A DNA stretch of 64,000 nt, taken from NCBI GenBank assembly GCA_964640055.1, contig CAZXFH010000001.1, positions 6,744 through 70,743 on the forward strand. Reading direction: 5' to 3'. A program made the position numbers and the translations under genes. The notes under the pieces were generated by a model, which saw only the letters and a list, made by a program, of their open reading frames with translations, was not told the origin of the DNA and searched no databases. This document shows, piece by piece, positions 29,333 through 40,161 of this stretch. Source of the stretch: an uncultured bacterium (lineage in GTDB: Bacteria; Fidelibacterota; UBA2242; JAFGTP01). Every line of letters starts with the position of its first letter. Positions within the stretch are counted from its first letter, which is position 1.

Positions 29333-30637
29333 CTATATTTTTAATTCTTGATAGAGGGAAAATTTAACACACAACTCTTTTACTTCCGATTTTACCTGCG
29401 CAATAATCTGATCATTTCCACAATTAGCAATGACTTTATCAATTAACCGGGCTATTTCCCGCATTTCATCCCCTCGCATACCCCGAGTCGTCAGGGCAGC
29501 AGTCCCGATCCGGATTCCACTGGTCACAAAAGGACTACGTGTATCGAAGGGGACCATATTCTTATTAGTGGTAATACCCGCTGCTTCCAGGGCCTGTTCC
29601 GCTTGTTTGCCCGTAATATCCTTATTGGTCAGGTCAATGAGAATTAAGTGGTTGTCAGTACCACCTGAGATTAGCTGATAATCTCGCTTGAGTAGCTCTT
29701 CAGCTAAGGTCTTAGCATTATCTATCACCAGCTGAGAATATTGTTTAAAAGAGGGATGCAGGGCTTCTTTAAAAGCCACTGCTTTAGCTGCAATAATGTG
29801 CATTAGCGGTCCGCCCTGTATGCCGGGCATCACATTGGAGTCAATAACTTCTGACATCATTCGGATTCGGCCGGATTTACGGGCTTTAATCCCCATTGGA
29901 TTTTCATAATCCTTCCCGATTAGTATAAGACCTCCCCGGGGACCGCGTAAAGTTTTATGAGTTGTGGAGGTAACAACATGTGAATAGGGCAACGGGTCGG
30001 GATGAAATCCAGTGGCAATTAATCCGGCCGGATGAGCCATATCCGTTACCAGATAGGCACCAACCTCATCGGCAATCTCTCTGAATTTAACAAAATCGAT
30101 AAAGCGAGGATACGCACTGGCTCCCGCTACAATGGTTTTTGGTTTATATTTCCGAGCTAAACGAGCCAGCTGGTCATAATCGATCCGACCGGTTTCCTTT
30201 TTAACGCCATAGGCCACAATATTAAATAATTTTCCGGAAAAATTCACCGGACTACCGTGGGTTAGATGACCACCATGAGCTAAATTCATTCCCAAGATGG
30301 TATCACCGGTTTTCAATATAGAAAAATAGACAGCCATATTGGCTTGGGAACCGGAATGAGGTTGCACATTTGCATATTCAGCATTAAATAGTTTTTCCAC
30401 ACGTTCGCGGGCCAGATTCTCTGCCTGGTCTACTGCACCGCAACCACCGTAATAGCGTTTCCCAGGATATCCTTCGGCATATTTATTGGTCATGATACAG
30501 CCGGCGGTTTCTAAAACAGCCGGGCTTACAAAATTTTCCGAGGCAATTAGTTCAAGGGTCCATCTTTCCCGGGCCATTTCTTCTTTGATTGCAGCCGTTA
30601 TTTCAGGATCTTGGTTGATAAGAAAATCGTAATTCAT
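29333..30637 (-). CDS. glyA: serine hydroxymethyltransferase
   Basis: [10 protein letters not shown] and the [18 protein letters not shown]-lysine motif. Confidence 0.9.
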   Translation of the reverse strand: MNYDFLINQDPEITAAIKEEMARERWTLELIASENFVSPAVLETAGCIMTNKYAEGYPGKRYYGGCGAVDQAENLARERVEKLFNAEYANVQPHSGSQANMAVYFSILKTGDTILGMNLAHGGHLTHGSPVNFSGKLFNIVAYGVKKETGRIDYDQLARLARKYKPKTIVAGASAYPRFIDFVKFREIADEVGAYLVTDMAHPAGLIATGFHPDPLPYSHVVTSTTHKTLRGPRGGLILIGKDYENPMGIKARKSGRIRMMSEVIDSNVMPGIQGGPLMHIIAAKAVAFKEALHPSFKQYSQLVIDNAKTLAEELLKRDYQLISGGTDNHLILIDLTNKDITGKQAEQALEAAGITTNKNMVPFDTRSPFVTSGIRIGTAALTTRGMRGDEMREIARLIDKVIANCGNDQIIAQVKSEVKELCVKFSLYQELKI

Positions 30638-30643
30638 AAACCA

Positions 30644-31078
30644 TTACCTCTTCTTTTCGAACTTGCGTACCCGTCGCATGTGGCGCCCACCTGAAAAACC
30701 GGTTTTTAAAAATATTTTTAGCCTCTTTTTAGCATCGGTTACCGATACATATTCAGCCCCGAGACACATCACATTGGCATTATTATGTTGACGGCTTAAA
30801 CGGGTCACCGCTTCATTGTAACAAAGTGCTGCCCGGATATTAGCCTGTTTATTGGCACTTATACTCATACCTATTCCGGTTTTACAGATAAGCACTCCAA
30901 AGGCAGCATCATGCTTTTCGAGTAAGTCCGTAACTGTGTGGGCATAATCGGGATAATCAACCGAATCTTCACTATGTGTACCGGCATCGTAGACCTTAAA
31001 ACCAAGTGCACTGGCATGTTCCACAAGTGCTTTTTTTAGAACGACACCTCCATGATCAGCGCCAAAAATCACTAACAT
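30644..31078 (-). CDS. rpiB: ribose-5-phosphate isomerase B (RpiB/LacAB family)
   Basis: Start chosen at MLVIFGADHGG... The CKTGIGMSI motif is present. Confidence 0.8.
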   Translation of the reverse strand: MLVIFGADHGGVVLKKALVEHASALGFKVYDAGTHSEDSVDYPDYAHTVTDLLEKHDAAFGVLICKTGIGMSISANKQANIRAALCYNEAVTRLSRQHNNANVMCLGAEYVSVTDAKKRLKIFLKTGFSGGRHMRRVRKFEKKR

Positions 31079-31083
31079 TAGCT

Positions 31084-32370
31084 TTACTCGGGACTCTCTG
31101 TAACCCAGGAATAGCACTTTCCTTTGGGTGTATAATCAGTGCGGCGGTCACCGCTTGCATCATACCGGTTCATAAACCAATCTTCTTTATTTGGAATAAG
31201 ATACTCCTTAAGATAATCAATGCGTGATTTTACATCCCGTTGGCCCCGTTTGTAAGCTTTTATATAATGATCGTAGGCCAGCTGATATACCAGTTTATCT
31301 TCGAAATTCACCTTGCGTGAGCTGCTACAAAATTCCGCTGTCTTATAATAAACTTCACCGACGAGCTTATAAGCCAGACCAGAATCACTATCTTTTTTAA
31401 CCGCTTTTTCGGCCCATTCATAGGCCTTTTCAAATTCAGATAAATCCAAATAGCCTTTGACAATATTTTCGATTATGGATATATCCTGCGGTGAAATATT
31501 CTTAATAATATGGATATAAGCAGCCAAACCCTCTTCTTTTTTACCGGTGGTATAATACAACCCGCCCAATTGATTCCAGGCTTCAAAATTCTTTAAATCC
31601 ATTTGTGATACAGCCTTATATACTTCGATCGCTTTTTCGTAATTGCCTCTCTCTCTCAGCGCCCGGGCATAATCCAGCCCATTTTGTACACACCGATTGC
31701 TTTCCCAAGCGTCCCGCTGAACTTCAATCGGATCTTTACCCAGTTTTTTATAAGCTGTTAAACGATCATTGACCGCCTGGTCATCTCCCGGATTGAGTTC
31801 CAAAATTTTATTGACCGCCCAAAGGACATCTTCATACCTTTCAGCATCAAAATACAATTTGACCAATTTGCTATAATGTGCGATTTCTTCTGGATTTTGT
31901 TCAGCGAGTTTTTCGTATTGTCGAATTTCCATGTTGATATTGCCCTGCTTGTGATAAATATAGGCAATATTCTTCAGGAGATATTTCTCATTGGGCATAT
32001 ATTCTTCACCCTTTAAATAGACATAGAGAGCACTATCGTAATAAGCCGGATTATCAGAAGCGAGCTGCTGATAGGCACGGCCATAATAGGTGAAAATGTC
32101 CTCGGCATATTCTTCCTCACATCCGTTTTCAACCATTTTTTTATAATTCTTGATAGCGCCTTTCCAGTTCTGATTTAGATAATAACTGTAAGCAAAACTG
32201 AGGTACCGGTCGCATAATTCGCGATTGATCGGCTCCTCTTCGGCCTCTGCCGTGACCTGCTCTTCGCTGCCCTCTTGCGCTGCAGGAGGTACACAAAGCT
32301 GCATTACAAATAAAGACAGAATCAAAATAAACAGGAAAAGAATTGTGGTTTTAAATATTGGTAATTTCAT
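31084..32370 (-). CDS. TPR-repeat lipoprotein
   Basis: Signal/lipobox and many TPR helices. Confidence 0.55.
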   Translation of the reverse strand: MKLPIFKTTILFLFILILSLFVMQLCVPPAAQEGSEEQVTAEAEEEPINRELCDRYLSFAYSYYLNQNWKGAIKNYKKMVENGCEEEYAEDIFTYYGRAYQQLASDNPAYYDSALYVYLKGEEYMPNEKYLLKNIAYIYHKQGNINMEIRQYEKLAEQNPEEIAHYSKLVKLYFDAERYEDVLWAVNKILELNPGDDQAVNDRLTAYKKLGKDPIEVQRDAWESNRCVQNGLDYARALRERGNYEKAIEVYKAVSQMDLKNFEAWNQLGGLYYTTGKKEEGLAAYIHIIKNISPQDISIIENIVKGYLDLSEFEKAYEWAEKAVKKDSDSGLAYKLVGEVYYKTAEFCSSSRKVNFEDKLVYQLAYDHYIKAYKRGQRDVKSRIDYLKEYLIPNKEDWFMNRYDASGDRRTDYTPKGKCYSWVTESPE

Positions 32371-32395
32371 GATCCCACTCCATTCTTAATTAATA

Positions 32396-33601
32396 TCATC
32401 TAAATCTTCGAAACCATACTCCCCCGGTTGTAATCCCGAAGTGGAGTGTTAATATACGCTCTTCCCCAATAATTTCATCGAGAAATCCTTTCCTGAGACC
32501 ATATTTTAAGGCAATATCAATACGATTCAGATTATTATAATAGGGAATGCCCATCCCAGTGGTGATACCCAACTCGCTGTATTTTTCAAATCCCTCTTTA
32601 TAATATAGTCCCGTTTTATAATATCCACCAGCCCGAAAAAATAAGTTTTGCCACCACTCCCGTTTCAAGGCCCGACTAGATACCTTCTCCAGACCGGCGC
32701 TGACTTGATAGGCGTTCTGAGCGAATCCGTCCTGGTAAATGTTGAAGTTCTGGAAAATATCTTTCTGTACACTGCGCCATTCAAAATCACCAACGATAGC
32801 CATATTATTCCAAAACTGTTTATAGAACCCAATTCTGTAAAGAGCCGGATAAGCTAGGGCTTGATACTGTGATACACTATCAGGCCCATATTGATAATGA
32901 ATTGCCTTTTTATACTGGAAATCAACATTCTGTTCCATATACATGGCAATCCGATAGTTGTCCGGCACCTCCCAGGTAAATCCGACTCCGGCTTGCGTGC
33001 CTTTAACAGTCAGTCGCCGCTTATAAAAACTGTCAATCTCATTATTATTGCCCAGGTCCAATAGTTTGCGGTAAACAATATCCCCAAAAATAAACCGTAA
33101 TTTTAATCCAGCATTAAGATTCTTGGTAACACGATAACCCAAACCACTATAAAATTCCGACAATCCGCCCTTGATTTCCAAATCATCCTGATACCAGATA
33201 TAATTATTATTGAAATTGAGAGAATCTAGGTAAGACTGCTTAACAGCAGTCCTGGAAATGGGAGCCATACCCAGAACAAATCCAATGTAAGGCCCAATTG
33301 GAAACTTAAAAGAAAAACCCCCGAATTGATTTAAGGTATACCAGCCCTGTGCTTTATCAGATGCAACACTGAAAGTATTTAATTGTCCTTGTAGCGAAGC
33401 CGTAAAAAAACCATTCCAAAGGGCTGGATTTTTAGGATTCACCCCCAAAGAATCACGGATGCCACTGCCGGCCTCGCCAAGCCCTAACATCCTTACCGAA
33501 GAAGTTGGCGCTTGCATCCCAAATCCATAGGCAGAATAGTGTGAACTTTGAGCTAAAGTAACAAAAGGTAGCAGGCAAATTATACAAATTAAACGACGCA
33601 T
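32396..33601 (-). CDS. secreted hypothetical protein (possible outer-membrane protein)
   Basis: Signal peptide MRRLICIICLLPFVTLAQS. Gly/Tyr-rich beta-strand-like composition. Confidence 0.45.
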   Translation of the reverse strand: MRRLICIICLLPFVTLAQSSHYSAYGFGMQAPTSSVRMLGLGEAGSGIRDSLGVNPKNPALWNGFFTASLQGQLNTFSVASDKAQGWYTLNQFGGFSFKFPIGPYIGFVLGMAPISRTAVKQSYLDSLNFNNNYIWYQDDLEIKGGLSEFYSGLGYRVTKNLNAGLKLRFIFGDIVYRKLLDLGNNNEIDSFYKRRLTVKGTQAGVGFTWEVPDNYRIAMYMEQNVDFQYKKAIHYQYGPDSVSQYQALAYPALYRIGFYKQFWNNMAIVGDFEWRSVQKDIFQNFNIYQDGFAQNAYQVSAGLEKVSSRALKREWWQNLFFRAGGYYKTGLYYKEGFEKYSELGITTGMGIPYYNNLNRIDIALKYGLRKGFLDEIIGEERILTLHFGITTGGVWFRRFR

Positions 33602-33608
33602 GCTTTAT

Positions 33609-34862
33609 TTACTTTTCCTTAATCAGTAATAAGTCTAATTGTGGTCTTTTAGCAATCGACAGACTTTTATGGTTATATAGACTGAAAATTGATACATCAT
33701 GGGTAACATTTGAGGTCCAGATGACCATCCCCAGATTCTCTCGGAATCCGCTGATAAATCCCTGGACGGTATTTTCCAGGTTAAATACCAGAGCGGTATC
33801 GTTCGGCAGGATAGTGGTCTTAGCCTCATATGATCCAATGGTACTTAAGAATTCAGGATACCATGTTGTGGAATCCATAAGACTAAGATAATAGGTCATC
33901 GATTCTTGATAATCAATTGTTTGTGTGGTATCAATTTGAAATTCCAATTGTGCTTTTCCAATCAATAGGTTGGCATCATTAAGCGTATCTGGCAAGCTAA
34001 AGTTAAGCAACACACAACTTTCTTGTGCTTCATTTAAATAAAAGCGCTCGGGATCGGAATCTAATTGTATTACTTCAACTATCGATAAATCGGCACCGCA
34101 GGTTAGCTGCTCCGTTATTGTGTCACCCTTGATTTGATAAACCACTTCTAACTGGGGGGCATTATCGGACTCCCTGGAATAAATAGTCTGAAATAAATCA
34201 ACGGGCGGATCAATCATATCCAACATCAGCCCCTGAGTGCTCTGAGTTGTATCGCGCCATACTGAGATAAACTCTTTTGGTAAAGGAATAGTATCCGTGT
34301 CTCCGGCTCCTAATTGAAAGGTCTGTTGTAGATGTTTATGCATTACGTCTATGGAAAAATTCTCGTAATGTGTGCTATCCTCATCCCATTGCACAGTAGC
34401 ATCGCTTTTAAGTAACCAAACACCACAATTGGAAAGTTTGGGGGTATTTATTTGCTGGGTTAGTCTGTTTTCGGTTACTAGGATCATACGCACATCAAAT
34501 AGACTATCCAGTGTATCGGGTAAGCTTTCATCTAAATTAAAATTTAAAAGTGAATAGGACCTAAAATGATTATTTTTACCCAGGTATAAAAATCGATTGT
34601 TTCCCAGTCGTGGAGTTGCCTTTTTCATTTCTCCGGAAATATCCGCTCCGGTTAAGGTTAATTGGCGGAATTCATTTAACCCGGTATGATCGTCTGTGCT
34701 GGATAAAGAAGGCATTTTTTCACTACAGCTATTGAGCGTAAACAGAAATATTACCAGTAGAGATATTTTTAAAATTACTTGTGAAAGAAATTTATTTAAA
34801 AATATATGGATTAAATGCTTCCAAGATCTTTTATAATTTATCAATAACTTCAATGATTTCAT
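33609..34862 (-). CDS. hypothetical lipoprotein
   Basis: Hydrophobic N-terminus ending ...FTLNSC. No known domain recognised. Confidence 0.4.
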   Translation of the reverse strand: MKSLKLLINYKRSWKHLIHIFLNKFLSQVILKISLLVIFLFTLNSCSEKMPSLSSTDDHTGLNEFRQLTLTGADISGEMKKATPRLGNNRFLYLGKNNHFRSYSLLNFNLDESLPDTLDSLFDVRMILVTENRLTQQINTPKLSNCGVWLLKSDATVQWDEDSTHYENFSIDVMHKHLQQTFQLGAGDTDTIPLPKEFISVWRDTTQSTQGLMLDMIDPPVDLFQTIYSRESDNAPQLEVVYQIKGDTITEQLTCGADLSIVEVIQLDSDPERFYLNEAQESCVLLNFSLPDTLNDANLLIGKAQLEFQIDTTQTIDYQESMTYYLSLMDSTTWYPEFLSTIGSYEAKTTILPNDTALVFNLENTVQGFISGFRENLGMVIWTSNVTHDVSIFSLYNHKSLSIAKRPQLDLLLIKEK

Positions 34863-35667
34863 CGGCCATTTTTTCCCAATCTTCCTGTGTTTCTCCTACC
34901 AACTTGGTTGCGGATATTTTCTCACTATGCTGATCAAAAAGTTTTTTAAAAACAGGATCTTGCTGATAGGCTGTCATAAGATCCTCATTTCGGTTGATAA
35001 CCATCACCCGATCGCAATAGGGGATCGCAGCAGCGAGTACATCCAGCTGATCATCTTTTGCATATGTCGTATCAGGTTCGCTCAACCCAACTTCTTTATA
35101 TTCTGACAGGCTATATTTGCCACGGTCTGATTTGGAATGCAATAACATTAATATTTTTACATCTTTAATGTACTCCTTGTCGAAAATGTTCGAATGTACG
35201 AAAAGCGGTAACAGACCGGTTTGCCAGTCATTACAGATGATAACCTCTGGCTTCCATCGCAAATAGTTTAACGTTGCTAGTGCCGCTGAAGCAAAATACC
35301 CGAATCGATGGGAATTCAAACAGCTCTGATTACTCTGTTGCGGGTTATAAAGTTCTCCATCTTGAGCGGTATAATAAGAATCGTTTTCAAGAAAATAGAC
35401 CTGCACTTTTGTATTCGGGATGAAAGCAGACTTTACAGAGGCCTGCACATCTTCACCACAAAATTTAAGATCCATATCCCGTAACCGAATGACTTCCCGT
35501 AAAATATAACGCCGTTCGCTAATAAATCCATATTTGGGCATCATCAGGCGAAAATCATGCTTCCGTTCTATAAATACATTAGGCACACCTTTGGAAAAAG
35601 CAGCTAGCTCATAGGTCTCCGCAAAGGGGATGATTTCTGAGGTTAAGTAATAAATTCGTTTTGTCAT
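34831..35667 (-). CDS. stand-alone glycogen/starch-synthase N-terminal (GT5-like) domain protein
   Basis: YLTSEIIPFAETYELA..., MMPKYG and VIICNDWQTGLLP resemble the GlgA N-domain. It is only 278 aa and has no GT1 C-terminal domain. Confidence 0.45.
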   Translation of the reverse strand: MTKRIYYLTSEIIPFAETYELAAFSKGVPNVFIERKHDFRLMMPKYGFISERRYILREVIRLRDMDLKFCGEDVQASVKSAFIPNTKVQVYFLENDSYYTAQDGELYNPQQSNQSCLNSHRFGYFASAALATLNYLRWKPEVIICNDWQTGLLPLFVHSNIFDKEYIKDVKILMLLHSKSDRGKYSLSEYKEVGLSEPDTTYAKDDQLDVLAAAIPYCDRVMVINRNEDLMTAYQQDPVFKKLFDQHSEKISATKLVGETQEDWEKMADEIIEVIDKL

Positions 35668-35669
35668 AA

Positions 35670-36581
35670 TTAATTCATCATTTGTTTGGCTTTACTTATA
35701 TATTCACTATTAGGGAAATTTCTCATCAATTCTCGGAAGGCGGCATGGCCTTTCTCTCTATCGCCTTGGGCCAAATAACAGAGCCCCAATTTAAACTGCG
35801 CATCGTCCGCTTTATTGGTATTCATAAAATTAAAGACCTGTTTGAATTCAACTATCGCTTGACTATATTGTTTCATGGCATAATAACATTCCCCGATCCA
35901 ATACTGGGCATTATCAGCCAGATCATTATTGCGATCCTCGGCAATTAATTGTCGAAATAATTCTTTTGCTACCCGGGGATTATTATTTTGATAGTGTGAC
36001 AGGGCTTTCAGGTAACGCTCCCGATAAGTCTCTATTTGACTGGGTGTTGATGCTACTGACTTTGGCTCAGATTGTAGGGTTTGAGCCTCCTGCAGGCTTT
36101 CACTCAAAGATAGAATCCGATTTTCCAGCACTACTAGTTGGGATAGAATTTCAAAATTAATACTGTCAGCATAATTAGCTCGCCGGGTATATTTTTCCAT
36201 CTGATACTGTAGACCATCAATCATAGTCTGTTGTGCCTGAGTGACGGATTCTAAATCCTCTACCGAATGAGTCAACGAATCCAGATAACCATACCATCTT
36301 TTCTCTGACTGAACCAATGCCGGTAATATGGCCACTCTATTACTAAGACTATCCACAGTAAGCAATAATGAATTAACTTGTTCCTGTAGATTAGCTAACT
36401 CCTGCTTAACAGTATCCAATTCTTGAGCCAGTTCCTTATCCCTTCTACCATAGATTTGTTCCGTTAACAAGGAGAACAATACACAGCAGAGTACAAGCAG
36501 CCGTAACCCGCGGTTAATCGGTTTTTTTTGATTAATTATTTTTTCTTTTACGCTCAAAATCATTGTGCCCATCCAAAACAC
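35670..36581 (-). CDS. coiled-coil plus C-terminal TPR protein, YbgF/CpoB-like
   Basis: N-terminal TM segment, long coiled coil, and C-terminal TPR region (NAQYWIGECYYAMKQY...). Confidence 0.45.
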   Translation of the reverse strand: MFWMGTMILSVKEKIINQKKPINRGLRLLVLCCVLFSLLTEQIYGRRDKELAQELDTVKQELANLQEQVNSLLLTVDSLSNRVAILPALVQSEKRWYGYLDSLTHSVEDLESVTQAQQTMIDGLQYQMEKYTRRANYADSINFEILSQLVVLENRILSLSESLQEAQTLQSEPKSVASTPSQIETYRERYLKALSHYQNNNPRVAKELFRQLIAEDRNNDLADNAQYWIGECYYAMKQYSQAIVEFKQVFNFMNTNKADDAQFKLGLCYLAQGDREKGHAAFRELMRNFPNSEYISKAKQMMN

Positions 36582-36633
36582 ATATATTGTCGAAAATTAT
36601 CTATTTTAGCCCTAAAAACAAAGAAATAAGTTC

Positions 36634-37896
36634 TTAATATTTAATACGGTGGATGCTGAAATTCATCATCAATCCAATAATTATCAGGCAGCTGATTAAA
36701 AAAGATCCGCCATAACTGATAAAAGGCAATGGCAAGCCGGTTACCGGTAATAATCCAATGGTCATACTGACGTTTACAACCACATGGAAGAATAAAATAC
36801 TGACAAGCCCGATTACCACCAAGGAACTGTATTTATCTTTCATCCGATAAGCTGATTGGACATTAATAAGGATTAAAAGAAAAAATAATAAAAGCACAAA
36901 GGTAACTCCTATAAACCCATATTCTTCACCAATTACTGAAAATATGAAGTCAGTCTGTTGTTCCGGTAAAAATTTCAAATGAGTCTGCGTGCCTTGACCG
37001 ATGCCCTTGCCCAATAATCCTCCTGAGCCAATGGCTACCTGTGATTGGATAAGCTGGTATCCGGCTCCCTGGGCATCGGCCTCTACATTAAACAGGGTCA
37101 TAATCCGATCCTGTTGATAGGGTTGCAGACGGTTCCAAAGAACGGGAGTAACAAAACCCAAGGATAAATTGATTACTGAGAGTGTAATGGCAATCCACAA
37201 CTTTTCTTTACTGAAATACATAACAATAAACAGAATTATCACCCAGATGAAAAAAGTATAAAAGTTAAAAGCGGTCAGAATACTGATGAGGGGGGCAATG
37301 ATCACGAAAATATGAAATATCCTCACTCCGGCCCAAAAAAGCATTGGAAAAAGAATCATTACATAGATAATGGCGGTACCTAAATCCGGTTGATTAAATA
37401 TAATAACCATTGGAATGAGAGTTGCCATTAGCGGTAAAAGCATAATCCGAAAGTCCGAGGTCGGTATTTCCGTGCTGGATAAATATTTAGCAACTGCTAG
37501 AACAAGCAATATTTTCATGATCTCGGAGGGTTGTAAATTAAAGGGACCGATATCAATCCACCGATGAGTACCGGCCGTTTCACTATCGATGAAAAAGGGT
37601 ACAATGATGAGAATCAATCCAATCGCATACAGTAAATAGGTCCATTCATAGATCAACTTTTTTTGAATAAAAAACACAATTGTTGCCAGGATAATACCAA
37701 AAATAAGCCAAAGCACTTGTTTGCCAATGGCTTTATGGAAAAACGTTTGATCGGCATGTAAAGAGGCACTATAGAGTGCTACTAGCCCAAAGGCACAGAG
37801 TAAAGTTACTAATATTACTATCAACAGATTAGTACGGCTGAAAAATTCAAAGAGACTCTCTCGGGAAGTGGCCCTAATCTGATTCATACCCGGCAT
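36634..37896 (-). CDS. rodA: SEDS-family peptidoglycan glycosyltransferase RodA (MrdB)
   Basis: Polytopic FtsW/RodA-like protein directly downstream of mrdA. The true start is uncertain (MPGMNQ or MNQ); the ORF-track start at 37980 overlaps mrdA by about 100 nt. Confidence 0.75.
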   Translation of the reverse strand: MPGMNQIRATSRESLFEFFSRTNLLIVILVTLLCAFGLVALYSASLHADQTFFHKAIGKQVLWLIFGIILATIVFFIQKKLIYEWTYLLYAIGLILIIVPFFIDSETAGTHRWIDIGPFNLQPSEIMKILLVLAVAKYLSSTEIPTSDFRIMLLPLMATLIPMVIIFNQPDLGTAIIYVMILFPMLFWAGVRIFHIFVIIAPLISILTAFNFYTFFIWVIILFIVMYFSKEKLWIAITLSVINLSLGFVTPVLWNRLQPYQQDRIMTLFNVEADAQGAGYQLIQSQVAIGSGGLLGKGIGQGTQTHLKFLPEQQTDFIFSVIGEEYGFIGVTFVLLLFFLLILINVQSAYRMKDKYSSLVVIGLVSILFFHVVVNVSMTIGLLPVTGLPLPFISYGGSFLISCLIIIGLMMNFSIHRIKY

Positions 37897-39673
37897 ATAC
37901 TTTCTTTTGTTTTTGATAGTATTTAAATATTTTTCCGGCAATAGGAGCTGCGGTCTCTCCGCCGCCCCCACCATGCTCAATTAAAATTACGACGGCAATT
38001 TTTCCAGGATTGTAATCCGCGTAACCAATAAACCAAGCATGAGATTTACCGTGGGGATTTTGAGCCGTCCCGGTTTTCCCAAATATTTGCGTTCCTTTAA
38101 TGTGAGCCGCTTTTCCAGTTCCGTCTTTATCATTGACTACAGAATACATTCCATTTTGAACAATCCGCCAAGTATCCGGGGAAAAGATTTTGACCGAATC
38201 TTTTTGCGTTGAAAAATACTTGAAATTATTTACCTTTTTATCATAATACTTTAAACCCAAATGGGGTTGTGTCACTTTACCATTGGTTGCTATTATGGAG
38301 ATAAAGCGTGCCATTTGTATGGGGGTAACTAACAAATCACCTTGGCCAATAACCAAGTTTAACTTATTGCCTTCGGTCCATTGACCGGTGCCATACTTAT
38401 TATCCATATAATTTCGATCCGGCACCACTCCCCTGGCATCATTCGGCAAATCTATTTCGGAACTGCTTCCAAAGTAAAATGTTCTAGCAGTCTTAGCCCA
38501 CAGATCTATATCAATACGCCGTATTAAGTGGTAAAAAAAGACATTACAAGATTGGGCAATCGCAGAGTGAATATCAACTTTGCCATGGCCGCTACTTTTC
38601 CAGCAATGAAAGGATCTTCTTCCCAGCCGATATCGGCCCACACATCTAACGGTCCAGGTGGTATCAATATATCCATCCTCGATGGCTACCATGGCGGTTA
38701 TTAATTTAAAGGTTGAGCCGGGCGGATATAATCCTTGCGTAACCCGGTTGTATAACGGCCGGACCGGATTATTCCGTAATTGATTCCAAACATCTGCATC
38801 TATTATCCCGCTGAATAAATTGGGCGAGTAATCCGGTTTGCTAATAAAGGAAATAATCTCTCCGTTATCCGGATTAAGTACTATGGCAACGCCCTGTGTA
38901 TCCTGCATTAGAGTTTCGATATATTGCTGGAGATCCAGATCTATGGTCAAATAGAGATCGTTGCCCGGTTCAGGTAATTTCTGGGTTTTTTCGGTATAAC
39001 TGCTAACGGCTTGACCATGAGCATTCACTTGTACATAACGATAGCCGGTTTTTCCTCGTAAAATGGATTCATAACGTCTCTCCACACCTTTCCAACCGAT
39101 TAAATCACCTAGACGATATCCGGAGTGTTTGATACGCTCTAAAGCGTGCCGATCTATTTCTCTTAAATAACCGATAACATGTGAAAGGTTGGTCTTGGCC
39201 GGAAAGGATCTTAAGGGTGCCAAAGAATAGAGTACACCAGGTAATTCTAATTTGTGTTCTTCTAATTTGGTGAGCGTTTGAAAGTCAATATCCTCGGCAA
39301 CTTTAGCTGGTAGAAATCTGCCGCGCCAGTTCTTCTGAACGCGATGACGAATATCCTTAACCTGCAATCCCAATAATTCAGATAAATACTGATATGTCTT
39401 TTGAGAAGAACGCAACTCGAAAGGGATTATGTTGATATTGTACTGGAATTTATTGTCGGCAATTATCCGACTGTTGCGATCATAAATAATACCACGCGGT
39501 GCTTCGATAGGTACGACCCGTACTCGGTTTGATTCCGCCATGCCTACAAATTTGCGGTAATGCGAAATTTGTAGATTGTATAGCCTCAGGATCAAAACGA
39601 TAAAGATTAAACCTGCTATTATCAGCACTGCCAGACGTCGAATTGGAATTATGGCATTTACGGATGGTAACAT
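37874..39673 (-). CDS. mrdA: penicillin-binding protein 2 (elongasome transpeptidase)
   Basis: N-terminal TM segment and the transpeptidase motifs STFK, SCN and KTGTA. Confidence 0.85.
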   Translation of the reverse strand: MLPSVNAIIPIRRLAVLIIAGLIFIVLILRLYNLQISHYRKFVGMAESNRVRVVPIEAPRGIIYDRNSRIIADNKFQYNINIIPFELRSSQKTYQYLSELLGLQVKDIRHRVQKNWRGRFLPAKVAEDIDFQTLTKLEEHKLELPGVLYSLAPLRSFPAKTNLSHVIGYLREIDRHALERIKHSGYRLGDLIGWKGVERRYESILRGKTGYRYVQVNAHGQAVSSYTEKTQKLPEPGNDLYLTIDLDLQQYIETLMQDTQGVAIVLNPDNGEIISFISKPDYSPNLFSGIIDADVWNQLRNNPVRPLYNRVTQGLYPPGSTFKLITAMVAIEDGYIDTTWTVRCVGRYRLGRRSFHCWKSSGHGKVDIHSAIAQSCNVFFYHLIRRIDIDLWAKTARTFYFGSSSEIDLPNDARGVVPDRNYMDNKYGTGQWTEGNKLNLVIGQGDLLVTPIQMARFISIIATNGKVTQPHLGLKYYDKKVNNFKYFSTQKDSVKIFSPDTWRIVQNGMYSVVNDKDGTGKAAHIKGTQIFGKTGTAQNPHGKSHAWFIGYADYNPGKIAVVILIEHGGGGGETAAPIAGKIFKYYQKQKKVYAGYESD

Positions 39674-39681
39674 AATATTTT

Positions 39682-40161
39682 TCAGTCTGTCTTAAGCGGT
39701 AAAAAATAGTCTACTAAAAAATAGAAAACACTCACATACAGGCTGGAGGGAACAACATAGCGCAGAATGATATACTGAATTTGGTAACCCGTCCCCTGAA
39801 AATAGATAAGATAAAAAATCAAAAAATGTAAGCAAATGATTGTGAAAATAATTAAATAAAAGGAAAAAATATTGATCCGTTTCCGACGATCTTTCAAATA
39901 CCCGGAGAGGAAACCCGCTACAGTTTTAGACAAAGCCGATAATCCCAGAAAAGAGCCCAGACCCAGGGCATCGACCAAAATACCGATACTAAAACCATAT
40001 AACTGACCGAGAGCCCGTCCTAAGAGTTGACCTATAATAATTACCAGAATTAAGACAAAATCAGGACGAATGTCTTGGAGCGATAATAAGGGCGCCACCA
40101 AAATCTGTATGAATAGGACTAAAAGACTAAAGCCAATAATAATTATTATTTTTCGTAACAT
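39682..40161 (-). CDS. mreD: rod shape-determining protein MreD
   Basis: Small polytopic membrane protein between mreC and mrdA. Confidence 0.65.
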   Translation of the reverse strand: MLRKIIIIIGFSLLVLFIQILVAPLLSLQDIRPDFVLILVIIIGQLLGRALGQLYGFSIGILVDALGLGSFLGLSALSKTVAGFLSGYLKDRRKRINIFSFYLIIFTIICLHFLIFYLIYFQGTGYQIQYIILRYVVPSSLYVSVFYFLVDYFLPLKTD

